Below, one piece after another: positions 1 to 13,625 of a stretch of DNA of 64,000 bases. Made by a program: the position numbers and the translations under genes. The DNA is taken from positions 64,001 through 128,000 of the forward strand of contig JAAFKI010000112.1 of NCBI GenBank assembly GCA_021399345.1, written 5' to 3'. This stretch comes from Candidatus Heimdallarchaeota archaeon. Lineage in GTDB: Archaea > Asgardarchaeota > Heimdallarchaeia > Heimdallarchaeales > Heimdallarchaeaceae. Positions within the stretch are counted from its first letter, which is position 1. The number at the start of each line of letters is the position of its first letter. The notes under the pieces are model-generated. The model searched no databases. It was not told the origin of the DNA and was given only the letters and a program-made list of their open reading frames with translations.

Positions 1-1414
1 CCTCAATATTTCTAGGTAGTATATTCACATGAACGTGAGAATCACCTATATGTCCCCATGTAGCACTTTCAAGGTTGTGTTCTTCTAGAGATTCTCTATA
101 GATATTCATCATTTCTCTGAAATGCTCATGCTCAACGGACATATCAGTTCCCAGTTTGTGAATCGCAGGATACTCGCTTTTTCTCTTAGCTATTATAGCA
201 TTGACAGTTTCAGGAACTGCATGTCGCATAACTTTAAGATTTTCTCGTTCAACTTCATCAAATGCTGACCAGCATGAATCAATTGAAGAATTACATTCAC
301 TAGCAATTTCATCTAGTTTTACAATTATGTCCTCAAGAGTTTCTTCACTATAAACAACTTCAAAGAAAATTGCAGTTTTAATTTCAGGAGGGATTGTTTG
401 AAGATTAGCTAATGCGGGATTTGTGTCTTTTTTACTTTTCAGGAGATTAAATGAGTGTTCATCGAAGTATTCCATATATTCAACAATTAGCTCATCATCA
501 GTTCTAAGTTTTTCAACAAAAGAAATCGCATCGTCTTCTGAAGTGAAGAACATTACATTTGGCAATCCTTCTACTGTTGGAACTATCCAAAGATCAACTT
601 CTGTTATAAAACCTAGCATTCCTTCTGTACCTATGAAAAGCTCAATTACATCCATACCAGGTTTTGAATAGAAACCTGCAGCATTTTTTGCTTTTGGCAT
701 TTGATAAGTTGGAATGGTGACTTCTAGTTTTTGATCACTTGTCGCTATAATGAATTTACCATTTTCGGCATTGCATTGTCCTCTAGTCATATCAAGAACA
801 TCACCATTTGCTAAAATAACCCTCATACGCTTTACCCAAGGTCTCATTGAGCCGTATTTGAATGATCTTGCACCTGATGCATTAGCTGCAATGGCACCCC
901 CAACAGCTGCTGACATTTCGGTTGGGTCTACTGCAAACATGAATGTTTCCGAATCATGTTTGAATTTGTCAACCCAGTTTGTATCACCAATATTCTGCTG
1001 TTCAGTGAACTCTTTGTGTTTAATAACATCTTCAAGAGCGTCAAGAGTAATACCTGGTTGAACTCTTACGAAGTATTTCTGGTTAGTTTCATCAAACCCA
1101 AAACCAAGCACTTTTGCCATATCATCTGTTGATACAACAGCTCCACCAAAAGGAACAGCACTCCCAACAATCCCTGTTCTACCTCCAGAAATTGTTATTG
1201 GTATTCCTCTGTCTTTCATCTTCTTTATGATAGTAATAACTTCAGATTCATTCTTAGGAAAGAATAATAGTTCAGCAGATCCTCCTGCTAACTTCGATTC
1301 GTCGATTATATAATCAGGATGTTTTGAAGAAATTGTTTCTGAGCCCTCAACCTTATTAATGGTGTCATAAGGACTTCCTTCTTTTTTCTTAGCAGTAATT
1401 GCGCTTGTACCCAA
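1..1414 (-). CDS. FAD-linked oxidoreductase, D-lactate/glycolate dehydrogenase (GlcD/Dld) family; 3' end runs off the window
   Basis: Not in the ORF track because it is open at the window edge. Manual translation from a TTG at 1414 gives ...DYIIDESKLAGGSAELLFFPKNESE...GGRTGIVGSAVPFGGAV...VDPTEMSAAVGGAIAANASGARSFKYG...LGTDMSV...WGHIGDSHVHVNILPR, a clear paralog of 50091-51728. Confidence 0.88.
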   Translation of the reverse strand, partial: MGTSAITAKKKEGSPYDTINKVEGSETISSKHPDYIIDESKLAGGSAELLFFPKNESEVITIIKKMKDRGIPITISGGRTGIVGSAVPFGGAVVSTDDMAKVLGFGFDETNQKYFVRVQPGITLDALEDVIKHKEFTEQQNIGDTNWVDKFKHDSETFMFAVDPTEMSAAVGGAIAANASGARSFKYGSMRPWVKRMRVILANGDVLDMTRGQCNAENGKFIIATSDQKLEVTIPTYQMPKAKNAAGFYSKPGMDVIELFIGTEGMLGFITEVDLWIVPTVEGLPNVMFFTSEDDAISFVEKLRTDDELIVEYMEYFDEHSFNLLKSKKDTNPALANLQTIPPEIKTAIFFEVVYSEETLEDIIVKLDEIASECNSSIDSCWSAFDEVERENLKVMRHAVPETVNAIIAKRKSEYPAIHKLGTDMSVEHEHFREMMNIYRESLEEHNLESATWGHIGDSHVHVNILPRNIE

Positions 1415-1499
1415 ATGTGTCACATCCGTTCGCACTGTTTTTGTCCAGTTCAACAGAAAAAGCATAAAAACCTTCACATTCTTATAAAAAACAGAGAAC

Positions 1500-2615
1500 A
1501 TGACTATAAAAAAATTAACAAAACAAGAATCAATAGATCTTGTAATAGGAGCAAAAATTTTAGCTTGTGGAGGAGGAGGAAGTGAAATTAGTGCTTTGGC
1601 AAATATCAATAGAATATATGAAAGTGGCTTGAATTTTACAATTGCAGATTTAGACGATTTCAAACAGGATGAATATATTGGCATAATTGGGATGGTGGGA
1701 GGCGGTATTACAGAGGAGGACAAACTACTAGTCAAAAATCGGGAAATTGTTCAGAAAAAGCCAATGATTACAGCTATCAGAGAATTGGAAAATTTTTTAG
1801 ATATAGAATTCAGTGCATTTGTTGCAACTGAACTTGGACCGAATAATAGCGTTATTCCAATGATGGTAGCAGCAGAAATGGGAAAAGTAGCAATTAATGG
1901 AGATTGTTGTGGAAGAAGTAAACCAAAAATCTCAATTAGTACAACAAGAGTTGCGGGTATTCCTATAGCACCATTTACAATAGTGAATCAATACGGAGAT
2001 ATTCAAATCGTAAAAGAGACCATTGATGATGTAAGAGGAGAGTTGATTGCCAGAAATGCATCTAGGTTATCAGGTGGTTCAGTAAGTGTGGCTAGATGTC
2101 CCATGAGAATAGAGGAAGCTCAAAAAGCTGTTATTCCAAAAACCTACTCATTAGCTGTTGAACTAGGAAAGAATGTTAGGGAAGCTAACGAAGAAGGATT
2201 TAACCCAATTGAATCAATTAAAAATACATTACCAAATGCAGAACATGTTTTCTCCGGAAGAGTAAAGCTGTTCTCCAGAGTTGAAGAGGGAGGTTTCACA
2301 GCAGGTGAAATAATAGTAAAATCATCAATGAATACAGGAGTTAATCTAAAAATCTGGTATCAGAATGAATATCTTCTTTCATGGATTAACAACAAACCAT
2401 ATGTAACTTGTCCGGATGGGTTCTATGTAGTAGACACAAAAACAGGTCTAGGTCTTTCACCTTGGGAAGAGGATTTCAAGCAAGACAGAAAAATATCAGT
2501 TTTTGTTCAAGATGCCCCAGAGATCTGGAAATCGAAAATAGGATTGAGTGTTTTTGGTCCCAAAGTATTTAATGAAAATTGGAAAAAATACAAAGAGTCC
2601 AGTTCCTTCTCTTGA
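1500..2615 (+). CDS. DUF917 family protein (hydantoin/thiohydantoin-related)
   Basis: GAKILACGGGG N-terminus, ELGPNNS, DCCGRSKP and QNEYL...TCPD motifs. Confidence 0.8.
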   Translation: MTIKKLTKQESIDLVIGAKILACGGGGSEISALANINRIYESGLNFTIADLDDFKQDEYIGIIGMVGGGITEEDKLLVKNREIVQKKPMITAIRELENFLDIEFSAFVATELGPNNSVIPMMVAAEMGKVAINGDCCGRSKPKISISTTRVAGIPIAPFTIVNQYGDIQIVKETIDDVRGELIARNASRLSGGSVSVARCPMRIEEAQKAVIPKTYSLAVELGKNVREANEEGFNPIESIKNTLPNAEHVFSGRVKLFSRVEEGGFTAGEIIVKSSMNTGVNLKIWYQNEYLLSWINNKPYVTCPDGFYVVDTKTGLGLSPWEEDFKQDRKISVFVQDAPEIWKSKIGLSVFGPKVFNENWKKYKESSSFS

Positions 2616-2628
2616 AATCTTACCAGAT

Positions 2629-5766
<3,138 letters not shown>

Positions 5767-5792
5767 TCAAAACTTTTCTGATAGAAAACGTT

Positions 5793-6540
5793 CTAGAGAA
5801 TTTCTATCCAAATCGGACCTACTGCAGAAACTCTCCCCATACTATAAAGAATCCTTACAAAATAGAAATCAGCACCATTTGTATTAAGATTTGCAGGATT
5901 GATTGGAGTTTCAGATTCTTCATTGACATAATACCCTCCATTAATTTCTATACTTCCATCATATGAAGCTCCAGTAATGTTTGTGTTGTCAAAGAAACTC
6001 AATTCAGTAACTGGTACATCAATAGATTGTTCTCTCCATAAATATCCGTTTTTAAAAATTTGAACAGTTGTACCCCAATCAGGGTCACTCAACCAGGGAC
6101 TAGCTGCTTGTAAAAGTGCAGATTGCGGAGCACCATCTTGAGCCAAAAGTAGTTTTATTTCCCTAGTGCTTGTTGCATTAGCAACATAAACAGTTGAGTC
6201 GTCTTGACCAGCAATCACATCATTAATGCTAAAACGTATATAAGGGCGACCAAAATCCGAATTGGAAATGACTCGACGGTTGTAAAGTGCATTAAAAATA
6301 CCGTCTCGAGTAAGTTCACTAACATAGGCACCTGTTATTCCACTGGGGTATAAATGTGATACTCTCGAAAGAAGGTATGTGTAAGGATACTGGTGCCCTG
6401 ATGAAATAAAGCCAAGTCGCTGAACTTGCAATCATTATCATGCAAAGAGGAATACAAATAGCAGTTACAAGTGCAACAAAGAAGAAACCTATACTTACTT
6501 TTCTTGCTGAAACATCATATTTGGAAAAATTAAAAGCCAC
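5793..6540 (-). pseudogene. Internally deleted secreted metallohydrolase (DUF3604/PHP-like C-terminal half) with its signal anchor in another frame
   Basis: 5793-6431 begins abruptly at RLGFISSG...ITGAYVSELTRDGIFNALYNRRV, a typical C-terminal part. The overlapping 6319-6540 frame supplies a hydrophobic N-terminal anchor (KVSIGFFFVALVTAICIPLCMIMIA). Confidence 0.55.
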
Positions 6541-6712
6541 TTGTTATATTCACCTGGATTTCTTAGATATAGCAATATTAAATGAAAGTTATAAAACTTC
6601 TCCACATTCAGATTCTTTGATAATTTTACAAGTGAAACAATTACAACTTCTTTAAAATTCAATTATATCAATAATAAATACATTGGTTTTATATATTAGA
6701 GTTATACAAAAA

Positions 6713-7069
6713 ATGGTTTTAGTTGCAAACCCAGCAGCTATTATATCTCTACAATGGGGATACTTCCTCATATTAGGTGCAGCGGTTCTAGCAATAGTTA
6801 ATTTTGGTGCGGCATTTCCATTTACAGCTTCAAAAAATGACAGAATTGCTAAACCATTAAGCATAATTAAGGCATTAATTACAGCTTGGGCAATTCTATT
6901 CCAATTTGCTATAATAATAGCAGTCTTCGTTGGTCTTTACTTTGGATTAACCTACTTAGGAGTAGCAATAGTAAACACTATACTACTTGCAGTAGCAGGA
7001 GCTATAGCGGGCATATCTATCCTTGGAATGATATTTAGAATTGTAGACTATTTACTAGAATTAGAATAG
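6713..7069 (+). CDS. Small integral membrane protein, about 3 TM helices
   Basis: Hydrophobic ORF. The ATG at 6713 lies downstream of TATA-like TTTTATATA at ~6687. Confidence 0.7.
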   Translation: MVLVANPAAIISLQWGYFLILGAAVLAIVNFGAAFPFTASKNDRIAKPLSIIKALITAWAILFQFAIIIAVFVGLYFGLTYLGVAIVNTILLAVAGAIAGISILGMIFRIVDYLLELE

Positions 7070-7125
7070 TAAAATAACCTACTCTCATTTCTATCTTTTT
7101 TCATCAAAAATAAAAACAATATTAT

Positions 7126-7659
7126 CTATTGATTGTCTTTTTCGATAAAAGTAATTTTCTCTATTTTCTTATCACAATTAGGACAATTATGGTTATCAAC
7201 AGTCCAGCTTGCTAAGTGAGAACGATGAAACTCGTGCATACAGGGTTCCACAATTGCTTTTTCTTGTTTATCTAAAATTGCTTCATTACATATGGAACAG
7301 ATAAGCTTAGAATCTGCTTCAACACCCTCTATTTCTTCATGTTGAATTCTATCAGGAGGATTAACCTTATCTTCTCGCCTATATTTGTAACCTAGAAACG
7401 AAATAATGAAACCAGGTAAAGGACCAAAAACTATAGCAACAATAACTGGGATGTGTATTACTGGTCTAATTCCCAAAACAGCAAACACTATCATTAAACC
7501 TGCAAAAAGTGCTCCAAAAATTACAGAGAGAAGTAAAAGAATGCCAGCAGAACTTGTAGCATAACACCTAAAAGAACAATATGCTGTAGTTTTGAATGTC
7601 CAATAAACATTAACTGGACTTTTTCCACAAAAGGAACATTTTCTGCTCTTCAAATCCAT
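7126..7659 (-). CDS. Membrane-anchored RING-H2-type zinc finger protein (putative E3 ubiquitin ligase) with an N-terminal CxxC...YCSxxC finger
   Basis: CSFCG...YCSFRC, two TM helices, then CSIC-x15-C-x-H-x2-H-x2-H-x3-W-x6-CPNC. Confidence 0.82.
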   Translation of the reverse strand: MDLKSRKCSFCGKSPVNVYWTFKTTAYCSFRCYATSSAGILLLLSVIFGALFAGLMIVFAVLGIRPVIHIPVIVAIVFGPLPGFIISFLGYKYRREDKVNPPDRIQHEEIEGVEADSKLICSICNEAILDKQEKAIVEPCMHEFHRSHLASWTVDNHNCPNCDKKIEKITFIEKDNQ

Positions 7660-7869
7660 ATGCATAAGAAAATCATGTGTATATAAGTTTTTTATTAGCA
7701 TTATAGAAACATTGGTCTAGGAAAAAAATAGCACAAACTTACACTAATAATCTTCTATAAAAACAATTGTAAATGTATTTTTTCTTCTTTCTGCAAAACT
7801 AATTAAATTGGTTTAAATCATTGAATTGTTGATAAAATCACAACTTTTCTACCGAAGATTTATTATTTC

Positions 7870-9945
7870 TTGAATAAAGATAACCATGTGATTTCTGAGG
7901 AAGAAGTAGAACTTAAAGTCGATTCTTTGCTAAAAGAATTATCGTTAGAAGAAAAATTTAAGCTTATGGTTGGCTATTTCAGATTTCAAACTAATACAAT
8001 ACCTAGATTGGGTATAAAAACATTCAAGATGACTGATGGACCTTTAGGTATTTCACGACATTCAAGTTTTCTTAGAAAGAACACCTATTTTCCAGGTGGA
8101 ATTAATCTTGCTGCTTCATGGAATCGGAAGTTAGCACACGAATGTGGAGAAGCAATAGGAAGGGAGGCTAGAGCCATTAACAGACTTTGTGTTCTTGGTC
8201 CAGGAATCAATATTAATCGAACACCCTTTAATGGTCGTACTTTTGAGTATTACAGTGAAGATCCGTACCTGAATAAGGAGATAGCTATCCCATTCGTTAA
8301 AGGAATACAAAGTCAAAGGATAGCTGCATGTCCTAAACACTATGTTGCTAACAACCAAGAAACAAACAGACGTACAGTCAATTCAGAGATCGATGAAAGA
8401 ACATTACATGAAATTTACTTGAAGGCATTTAAGGAAATTGTAGAAGAAGCTGATCCCTGGACAATTATGACAGCTTATAACCGTGTGAACTCTGAATATG
8501 TAAATGGAAGTTCTAAACTTCTAAAATCTACTCTTTTTGAGAAGTGGGGTTTTACTGGATTTGTAATGACTGATTGGTGGGCAACTAGAGAAAGAGGTAT
8601 TGCACAACCTTCAACAAAAGAAGCTGTTAAAGCTGGTTTATCAATTGAAATGCCTATTCCAATTCTGTATGAAAAAACAAAATTATACAAAGCATTTACT
8701 GAAGAAAAAATTACTCTAGAAGATATTAATCATCTGATTAGACGAATACTAAGAGTCTATATAAGAGTTGGAATGTTTGAAGATGAAGAAAATCTTCCAA
8801 AAGGAGAAAGAAACACTAAAAAACATCAACAATTAGCAAGAAAAATGTCAGAAGAAGGGATTGTACTACTAAAGAATGAAAATAATGTACTTCCACTAGA
8901 TATAACGAAAATACAAAAGATCGCAGTTTTAGGCCCCAATTTGAAAAAGAAATTTGGAAAATTTTTATGCGGCGGTGCTGCGGCTGTTACCCCTCCTTAT
9001 GAAATTACACCACTTCAAGGATTAAAGGAAAAATGTAAAGGAAGAGTAAAAATCATCAAAGATCCTTCTAAAGCTGATGTTGTTCTTTTGTTTATGGGGT
9101 TGAATCATGATTCCCATTCAAGTCTATTTAGTGATAAGACAACTAAAAGCAAAGAAGAATATGGATATGAAACAGAAGGAATGGATAGAAGAGAACTAGG
9201 TTTAAATGCCTACCAGATACAACTAATCAATGAAACTGTTAAAATCAATCCCAATACAGTAGTAATATTAATCAACGCTAATCCTGTTTCCATGGATGAA
9301 TGGTTTGACAATATTCCTGCAATCTTAGAAGCTTGGTATCCAGGAATGGAGGGGGGAAGAGCTATAGCTAATATTCTCTTTGGTGATGTAAATCCATCAG
9401 GAAAAATCCCTCTAACTTTTCCAAAAAGAATAGAAGATTCACCTGCTCATAAATCTTCGAAATCTTTCCCTGGGGAAAATCTTGAACTTCACTATGAAGA
9501 GAGAATATATGTTGGGTATAGATATTTTGAGAAAAATGAAATTGAACCTTTGTTCCCATTTGGTTTTGGTTTATCTTATACAACATTCAGACTCGAGGAA
9601 GTTAATTCAGATAAAAATATCTTGAAATCAATGGATGATTATTTGGAACTAAACGTCTCAGTTACTAACACAGGAGACAGAGCAGGAAGTGAGGTTATAC
9701 AAATTTATTCAGAAGATGTAAAAACTACTGTAGACAGACCAATCAAAGAACTAGTAGGATTTGAGAAGATATATTTAGAGAAAGGGGAAACAAAATCTGT
9801 AGAAGTAATTGTAAGAGCCAAAGATTTAGCGTTTTATGATATGGAGATAAAAGATTGGAAAGTAGAATCAGGTGATTTCACACTTCACATTGGAAACTCA
9901 TCAGACTCAATACAACTTCAGAAAAAAATCACCTACAAATCTTGA
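7870..9945 (+). CDS. GH3 beta-glucosidase with C-terminal Fn3-like domain
   Basis: TDGPLG, LGPGINI, GRTFEYYSEDP, KHYVANNQE, VMTDW (nucleophile), ETEGMDR and AWYPGMEGG. Confidence 0.93.
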   Translation: MNKDNHVISEEEVELKVDSLLKELSLEEKFKLMVGYFRFQTNTIPRLGIKTFKMTDGPLGISRHSSFLRKNTYFPGGINLAASWNRKLAHECGEAIGREARAINRLCVLGPGININRTPFNGRTFEYYSEDPYLNKEIAIPFVKGIQSQRIAACPKHYVANNQETNRRTVNSEIDERTLHEIYLKAFKEIVEEADPWTIMTAYNRVNSEYVNGSSKLLKSTLFEKWGFTGFVMTDWWATRERGIAQPSTKEAVKAGLSIEMPIPILYEKTKLYKAFTEEKITLEDINHLIRRILRVYIRVGMFEDEENLPKGERNTKKHQQLARKMSEEGIVLLKNENNVLPLDITKIQKIAVLGPNLKKKFGKFLCGGAAAVTPPYEITPLQGLKEKCKGRVKIIKDPSKADVVLLFMGLNHDSHSSLFSDKTTKSKEEYGYETEGMDRRELGLNAYQIQLINETVKINPNTVVILINANPVSMDEWFDNIPAILEAWYPGMEGGRAIANILFGDVNPSGKIPLTFPKRIEDSPAHKSSKSFPGENLELHYEERIYVGYRYFEKNEIEPLFPFGFGLSYTTFRLEEVNSDKNILKSMDDYLELNVSVTNTGDRAGSEVIQIYSEDVKTTVDRPIKELVGFEKIYLEKGETKSVEVIVRAKDLAFYDMEIKDWKVESGDFTLHIGNSSDSIQLQKKITYKS

Positions 9946-10035
9946 TAATTTCGCGTTTAAGAAAGAATAAATAGAGAATTTTGAAAATGGGGGAATGGAT
10001 AGTCTTTTTAAAAGGATGAAGTTATTCCATCAACG

Positions 10036-10767
10036 ATGAAGTCATTTCAGGTTATTGACACGCTGTTCTTCGATTTAGATGGTACTCTAACCGATCTTGG
10101 TAAAAGATGGTGGGAACCTTTCTTTAGGGCAATGGATAAACTAAAACCTGACCATGATAGAGAGAAAAGGCAGAAAGTTTTCGAAAAAGTACTTGGAAGA
10201 GTTATGAATACTCAGATGGAACGTTCAAGGCTTCTAAAATTTAATATTTTTCGCAATGCAATTAAAGATGCAGACTTATCTTTACGAGACGCTTACAAAG
10301 CAATGAAATTAGTAAGGGCAGATCCTCTAGCATTCAAAGAGCTTGTACCCTTAGAAGGAGTTGAAGAAGTGTTAAACACATTACAATCTAGAGGATATAA
10401 GATGGCATTAGTTACAAATGCAGGAGATAAGACCGTTGCTCGAGCTAAGAAAAAGCTCTCTATTCTGAATTCATTTGATGTTCTAGTTACTAGAAATACT
10501 GTGAAGAGGATAAAACCTGATCCTGAACCCCTTCTTTATGCTTGCAAAGTATTGAATAAGCATCCAGAAACATGTGTTATGATTGGGGATTTTCCTCAAG
10601 ACATTCAAGCAGGGAAAGCAACCGGAACCAAAACTGTAGCTATTCTTGGAGTTAATGGTAAATATACTAAGGAAAGTATTAGAAAACTTGAACCCGATGT
10701 AACATTAAATTCCATTGGAGAACTCTTACCACTATTTCTAGGACCAACGGAATTTTCTAAGACTTAA
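10036..10767 (+). CDS. HAD-superfamily hydrolase (phosphoglycolate phosphatase-like)
   Basis: FDLDGTLTD, LVTN, KPDPEP and MIGDFPQDIQAG motifs. Confidence 0.9.
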   Translation: MKSFQVIDTLFFDLDGTLTDLGKRWWEPFFRAMDKLKPDHDREKRQKVFEKVLGRVMNTQMERSRLLKFNIFRNAIKDADLSLRDAYKAMKLVRADPLAFKELVPLEGVEEVLNTLQSRGYKMALVTNAGDKTVARAKKKLSILNSFDVLVTRNTVKRIKPDPEPLLYACKVLNKHPETCVMIGDFPQDIQAGKATGTKTVAILGVNGKYTKESIRKLEPDVTLNSIGELLPLFLGPTEFSKT

Positions 10768-11647
10768 GTATTAGAGGTTTTTTCTAAATCCCTATTTTCT
10801 AAATATTTTATGTCAGCTTCTATAGCTTCTCTTGAATATCTTATCTTTCCAGCTTTGTATAGTTTGTCGAGATCTTTGTTGTTTCTAATAATCTCGCTTA
10901 CAAGATTAAAATCTGTTTTAATATTTCTGAAATCCCTCCACCCTAGCGTTTCTTTGAATATCGGTTTATTCCTAATATTGAATACAAATGCGAGAATAAT
11001 ATACATTAACACTATACCCATGTTGAATTCAATTAAAGTATTAATTGCCATCAGCTGAAAACCCCATGATTCTTGTTCAAGACGAATTCCAGAAACAGTT
11101 AAAGTAAATTCAAGACAGAATTCCACCAAAGTACCAACTATAAATAGATACAAGATATCCTGAAGACGGATCTTTTTGAAATAACAAAGTATGAACGCAA
11201 TTATAAGATTACCAAGTGTCATTAAGCCAAATGTTAGTCTTTGTCTTGCTTCATTCATATTCCTTGCTACTTCTATAACTCTGTCATCCCACGGAATTAA
11301 TTGAGAACCAACACTCACAAATGTCCATCCAACATAGAACATAAGAGTCCACAACCAGATGTCCCTTCATTTTCTTTTTCAAGCATCAAAGCTACATAAG
11401 AGAATTGAGCAAATCCAGGAGATAGACAGAACCATAGGAAGAATAAAGTTGAGTTAATGGGGCCATCGTAGGTTCTACTTCCCATTACTATATACCAGAT
11501 ATAGAAATCAGTTAATAGATAAACTAACCAACCTAGTATTCCCCAAACAATAGGTTTAGGGATAGTTGTCATATGTTTTTCAGTTTCTTTGCTTTTTGAA
11601 ACAACTAGAGATGATTTATATGGGGGAGAAGTTGGATGTTTTGGCAT
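10764..11647 (-). pseudogene. Polytopic membrane protein split by a frameshift near 11365
   Basis: Two overlapping hydrophobic ORFs (11315-11647 and 10764-11354) join through a -1 shift into ...LEKENE|RDIWLWTLMFYVGW. Confidence 0.55.
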
Positions 11648-11691
11648 CTAATTCACAAGATATTGGTAACAATAAAATAAAAAAGAAGAAG

Positions 11692-13443
11692 TTAGATAGT
11701 AGGTTTGAAAATTCTACTTTCCCAATAGAGGAATCCTGTGTTTGGATCTCTAACAATTGTTTCGCCTTCAAAAGCTCCACTTTGAATAATCAATTCAGTC
11801 TGACTTAGGGGGAGGAGAACGAAGTTAGTCATATTAAATCGAAGAACCCCATCTTCACAATACAATATCATAGTAAAGGGCACTTCTTCCGTATTATAGA
11901 TTGAAAAATGTCGATACCACACCTCATAATCGTCTAGATAAGAAGACCAATGATTCATCAACTCTGCATCAGGTGAATATTTAAGACATATAGGATTATG
12001 AACACCTTCTAATGAGAGTATAAAAAAGTCCTCAAAAAACCTTAGTTTGATATTTCCTATATTGATTAACCAATGATCTGCATAAAAGGTTGTATCGTTT
12101 ATTGGTTTAAGCACAACATTGTAACCCATATAATTCATTTTGAGTTTATTTCGTACCAAATAGATTTCTGCCACATCACCTTCAACTGCATATATTCCAG
12201 TATAGTTTTTCAGAATTTCAATATCAACTTCTTGTTTATCATAACACTCTTTCTGTTTTTTCAACCCTGTTCTTGTTTCGTGCATAATCTCAAGTATTTC
12301 CAATGCTAAAGCTTTTGAATCATCCTCAAATTCTGCTGAATTTGAGACAAGTATCACGGCTAGCTGTTGTTCGGGAGCAAAAGCAATTATTGATTTGGTT
12401 CCTTGATTGGTTCCTGCATGGAATGCTGCAAGTTCATGGTTGGGCAAATAAGATCGATCCAAGAAGAACCCCATACCTACTTTTTGTGGATCTGAAGGAT
12501 TGGAATAATAAGATTCATACATCATTGAAAGTGTAGTTTCATTGATAATCTGAATACCATCTACTTCCCCATTGTTAAGGACGAATTTTGCGAATTTATT
12601 CAAATCACCCAATGTAGAGTGCAACCCTCCGGAAGCCATGCCGATAAGATCATATTGATTATAAGGTACATTATTTCTACCTTCTTTGAAATAACCCATA
12701 GCAATTTTTTGAGGTGTTGGAATTAAGGATGATACAAAACCACTTGATTCCATCCCTATAGGGTGCAATAGAGAATCTCTCATACGAAAAGCAAACCATT
12801 CTCCTGTAACAACTTCAATAATTCTAGCAAGGATATTGAAGGCGATGTTTGAGTACTTGAACTGCTGTTCAGCAGGATATGCCATATAAGATTCTTCTAA
12901 TGAAACAATCATATCTCTGAAGATATATGTATTATTATCCCATGCCCATTGAGGTAAATTATGAGTTCTGGGCAATCCAGAACGATGGGCCAATATATTA
13001 CGAATTGTTATATTAGCTGAACTGTTAAAACGACTCTTTATTTTGAAATCTGGAAGATAAGTTGTAATTGAAACATCCAAATCAACTAGACCTTCTTCAT
13101 ATAATTTCATAATCTCAATGGCAGTAAACAATTTAGATATTGAACCTACTTTGAAAACGGTGCTCAAATCTGCTTGCATATCTGTTTCAATATTAGCCAT
13201 ACCAGTTACTTTCTGATAGATTGTTTCATTATCAACGATAAGACTGACTGCAGTACATGGTAGTTTCTCTTTTCTCATAAGCCTATCTAGTTCATACTTG
13301 GTAAAATTGATAGCATAAGAGTAATCATCAATAGGTATGGTTCTAGGCCTTATGGGAGGATGTGGAATAACTGCCAAAGTGACTGTAGTAATAACTAAAA
13401 TAACGGCAATAGCAATAAATTTCTTACTTTTGAAAAAACTCAA
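11692..13443 (-). CDS. Membrane-anchored serine hydrolase, beta-lactamase/AmpC-like family
   Basis: N-terminal TM helix, SISK (SxxK), LAHRSGL, YSN and HAG motifs. Confidence 0.9.
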   Translation of the reverse strand: MSFFKSKKFIAIAVILVITTVTLAVIPHPPIRPRTIPIDDYSYAINFTKYELDRLMRKEKLPCTAVSLIVDNETIYQKVTGMANIETDMQADLSTVFKVGSISKLFTAIEIMKLYEEGLVDLDVSITTYLPDFKIKSRFNSSANITIRNILAHRSGLPRTHNLPQWAWDNNTYIFRDMIVSLEESYMAYPAEQQFKYSNIAFNILARIIEVVTGEWFAFRMRDSLLHPIGMESSGFVSSLIPTPQKIAMGYFKEGRNNVPYNQYDLIGMASGGLHSTLGDLNKFAKFVLNNGEVDGIQIINETTLSMMYESYYSNPSDPQKVGMGFFLDRSYLPNHELAAFHAGTNQGTKSIIAFAPEQQLAVILVSNSAEFEDDSKALALEILEIMHETRTGLKKQKECYDKQEVDIEILKNYTGIYAVEGDVAEIYLVRNKLKMNYMGYNVVLKPINDTTFYADHWLINIGNIKLRFFEDFFILSLEGVHNPICLKYSPDAELMNHWSSYLDDYEVWYRHFSIYNTEEVPFTMILYCEDGVLRFNMTNFVLLPLSQTELIIQSGAFEGETIVRDPNTGFLYWESRIFKPTI

Positions 13444-13625
13444 TTTTGTGTGACCTTCTAACTTTCGTTACCAGTTGGAGACTATAGACCCTTATATAGC
13501 CATGTAAATAGAACTTGTCGGAGAATTATTGTAATTTAAAGAATTAATACAAAATGATAAAGAAGGTATTTTGAAAGACTATCATAAAGGTTAAGAAGAA
13601 AAAAAAGACCCTAATTCTGTAGAAA

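Noticed and set aside
423-1061. Short ORFs 423-671 and 750-1061, and many similar 60-170 aa ORFs overlapping long genes (e.g. 3394, 23596, 24839, 52284, 53343, 63762)
   Set aside because: Antisense or out-of-frame shadows of well-supported genes, with no motifs.
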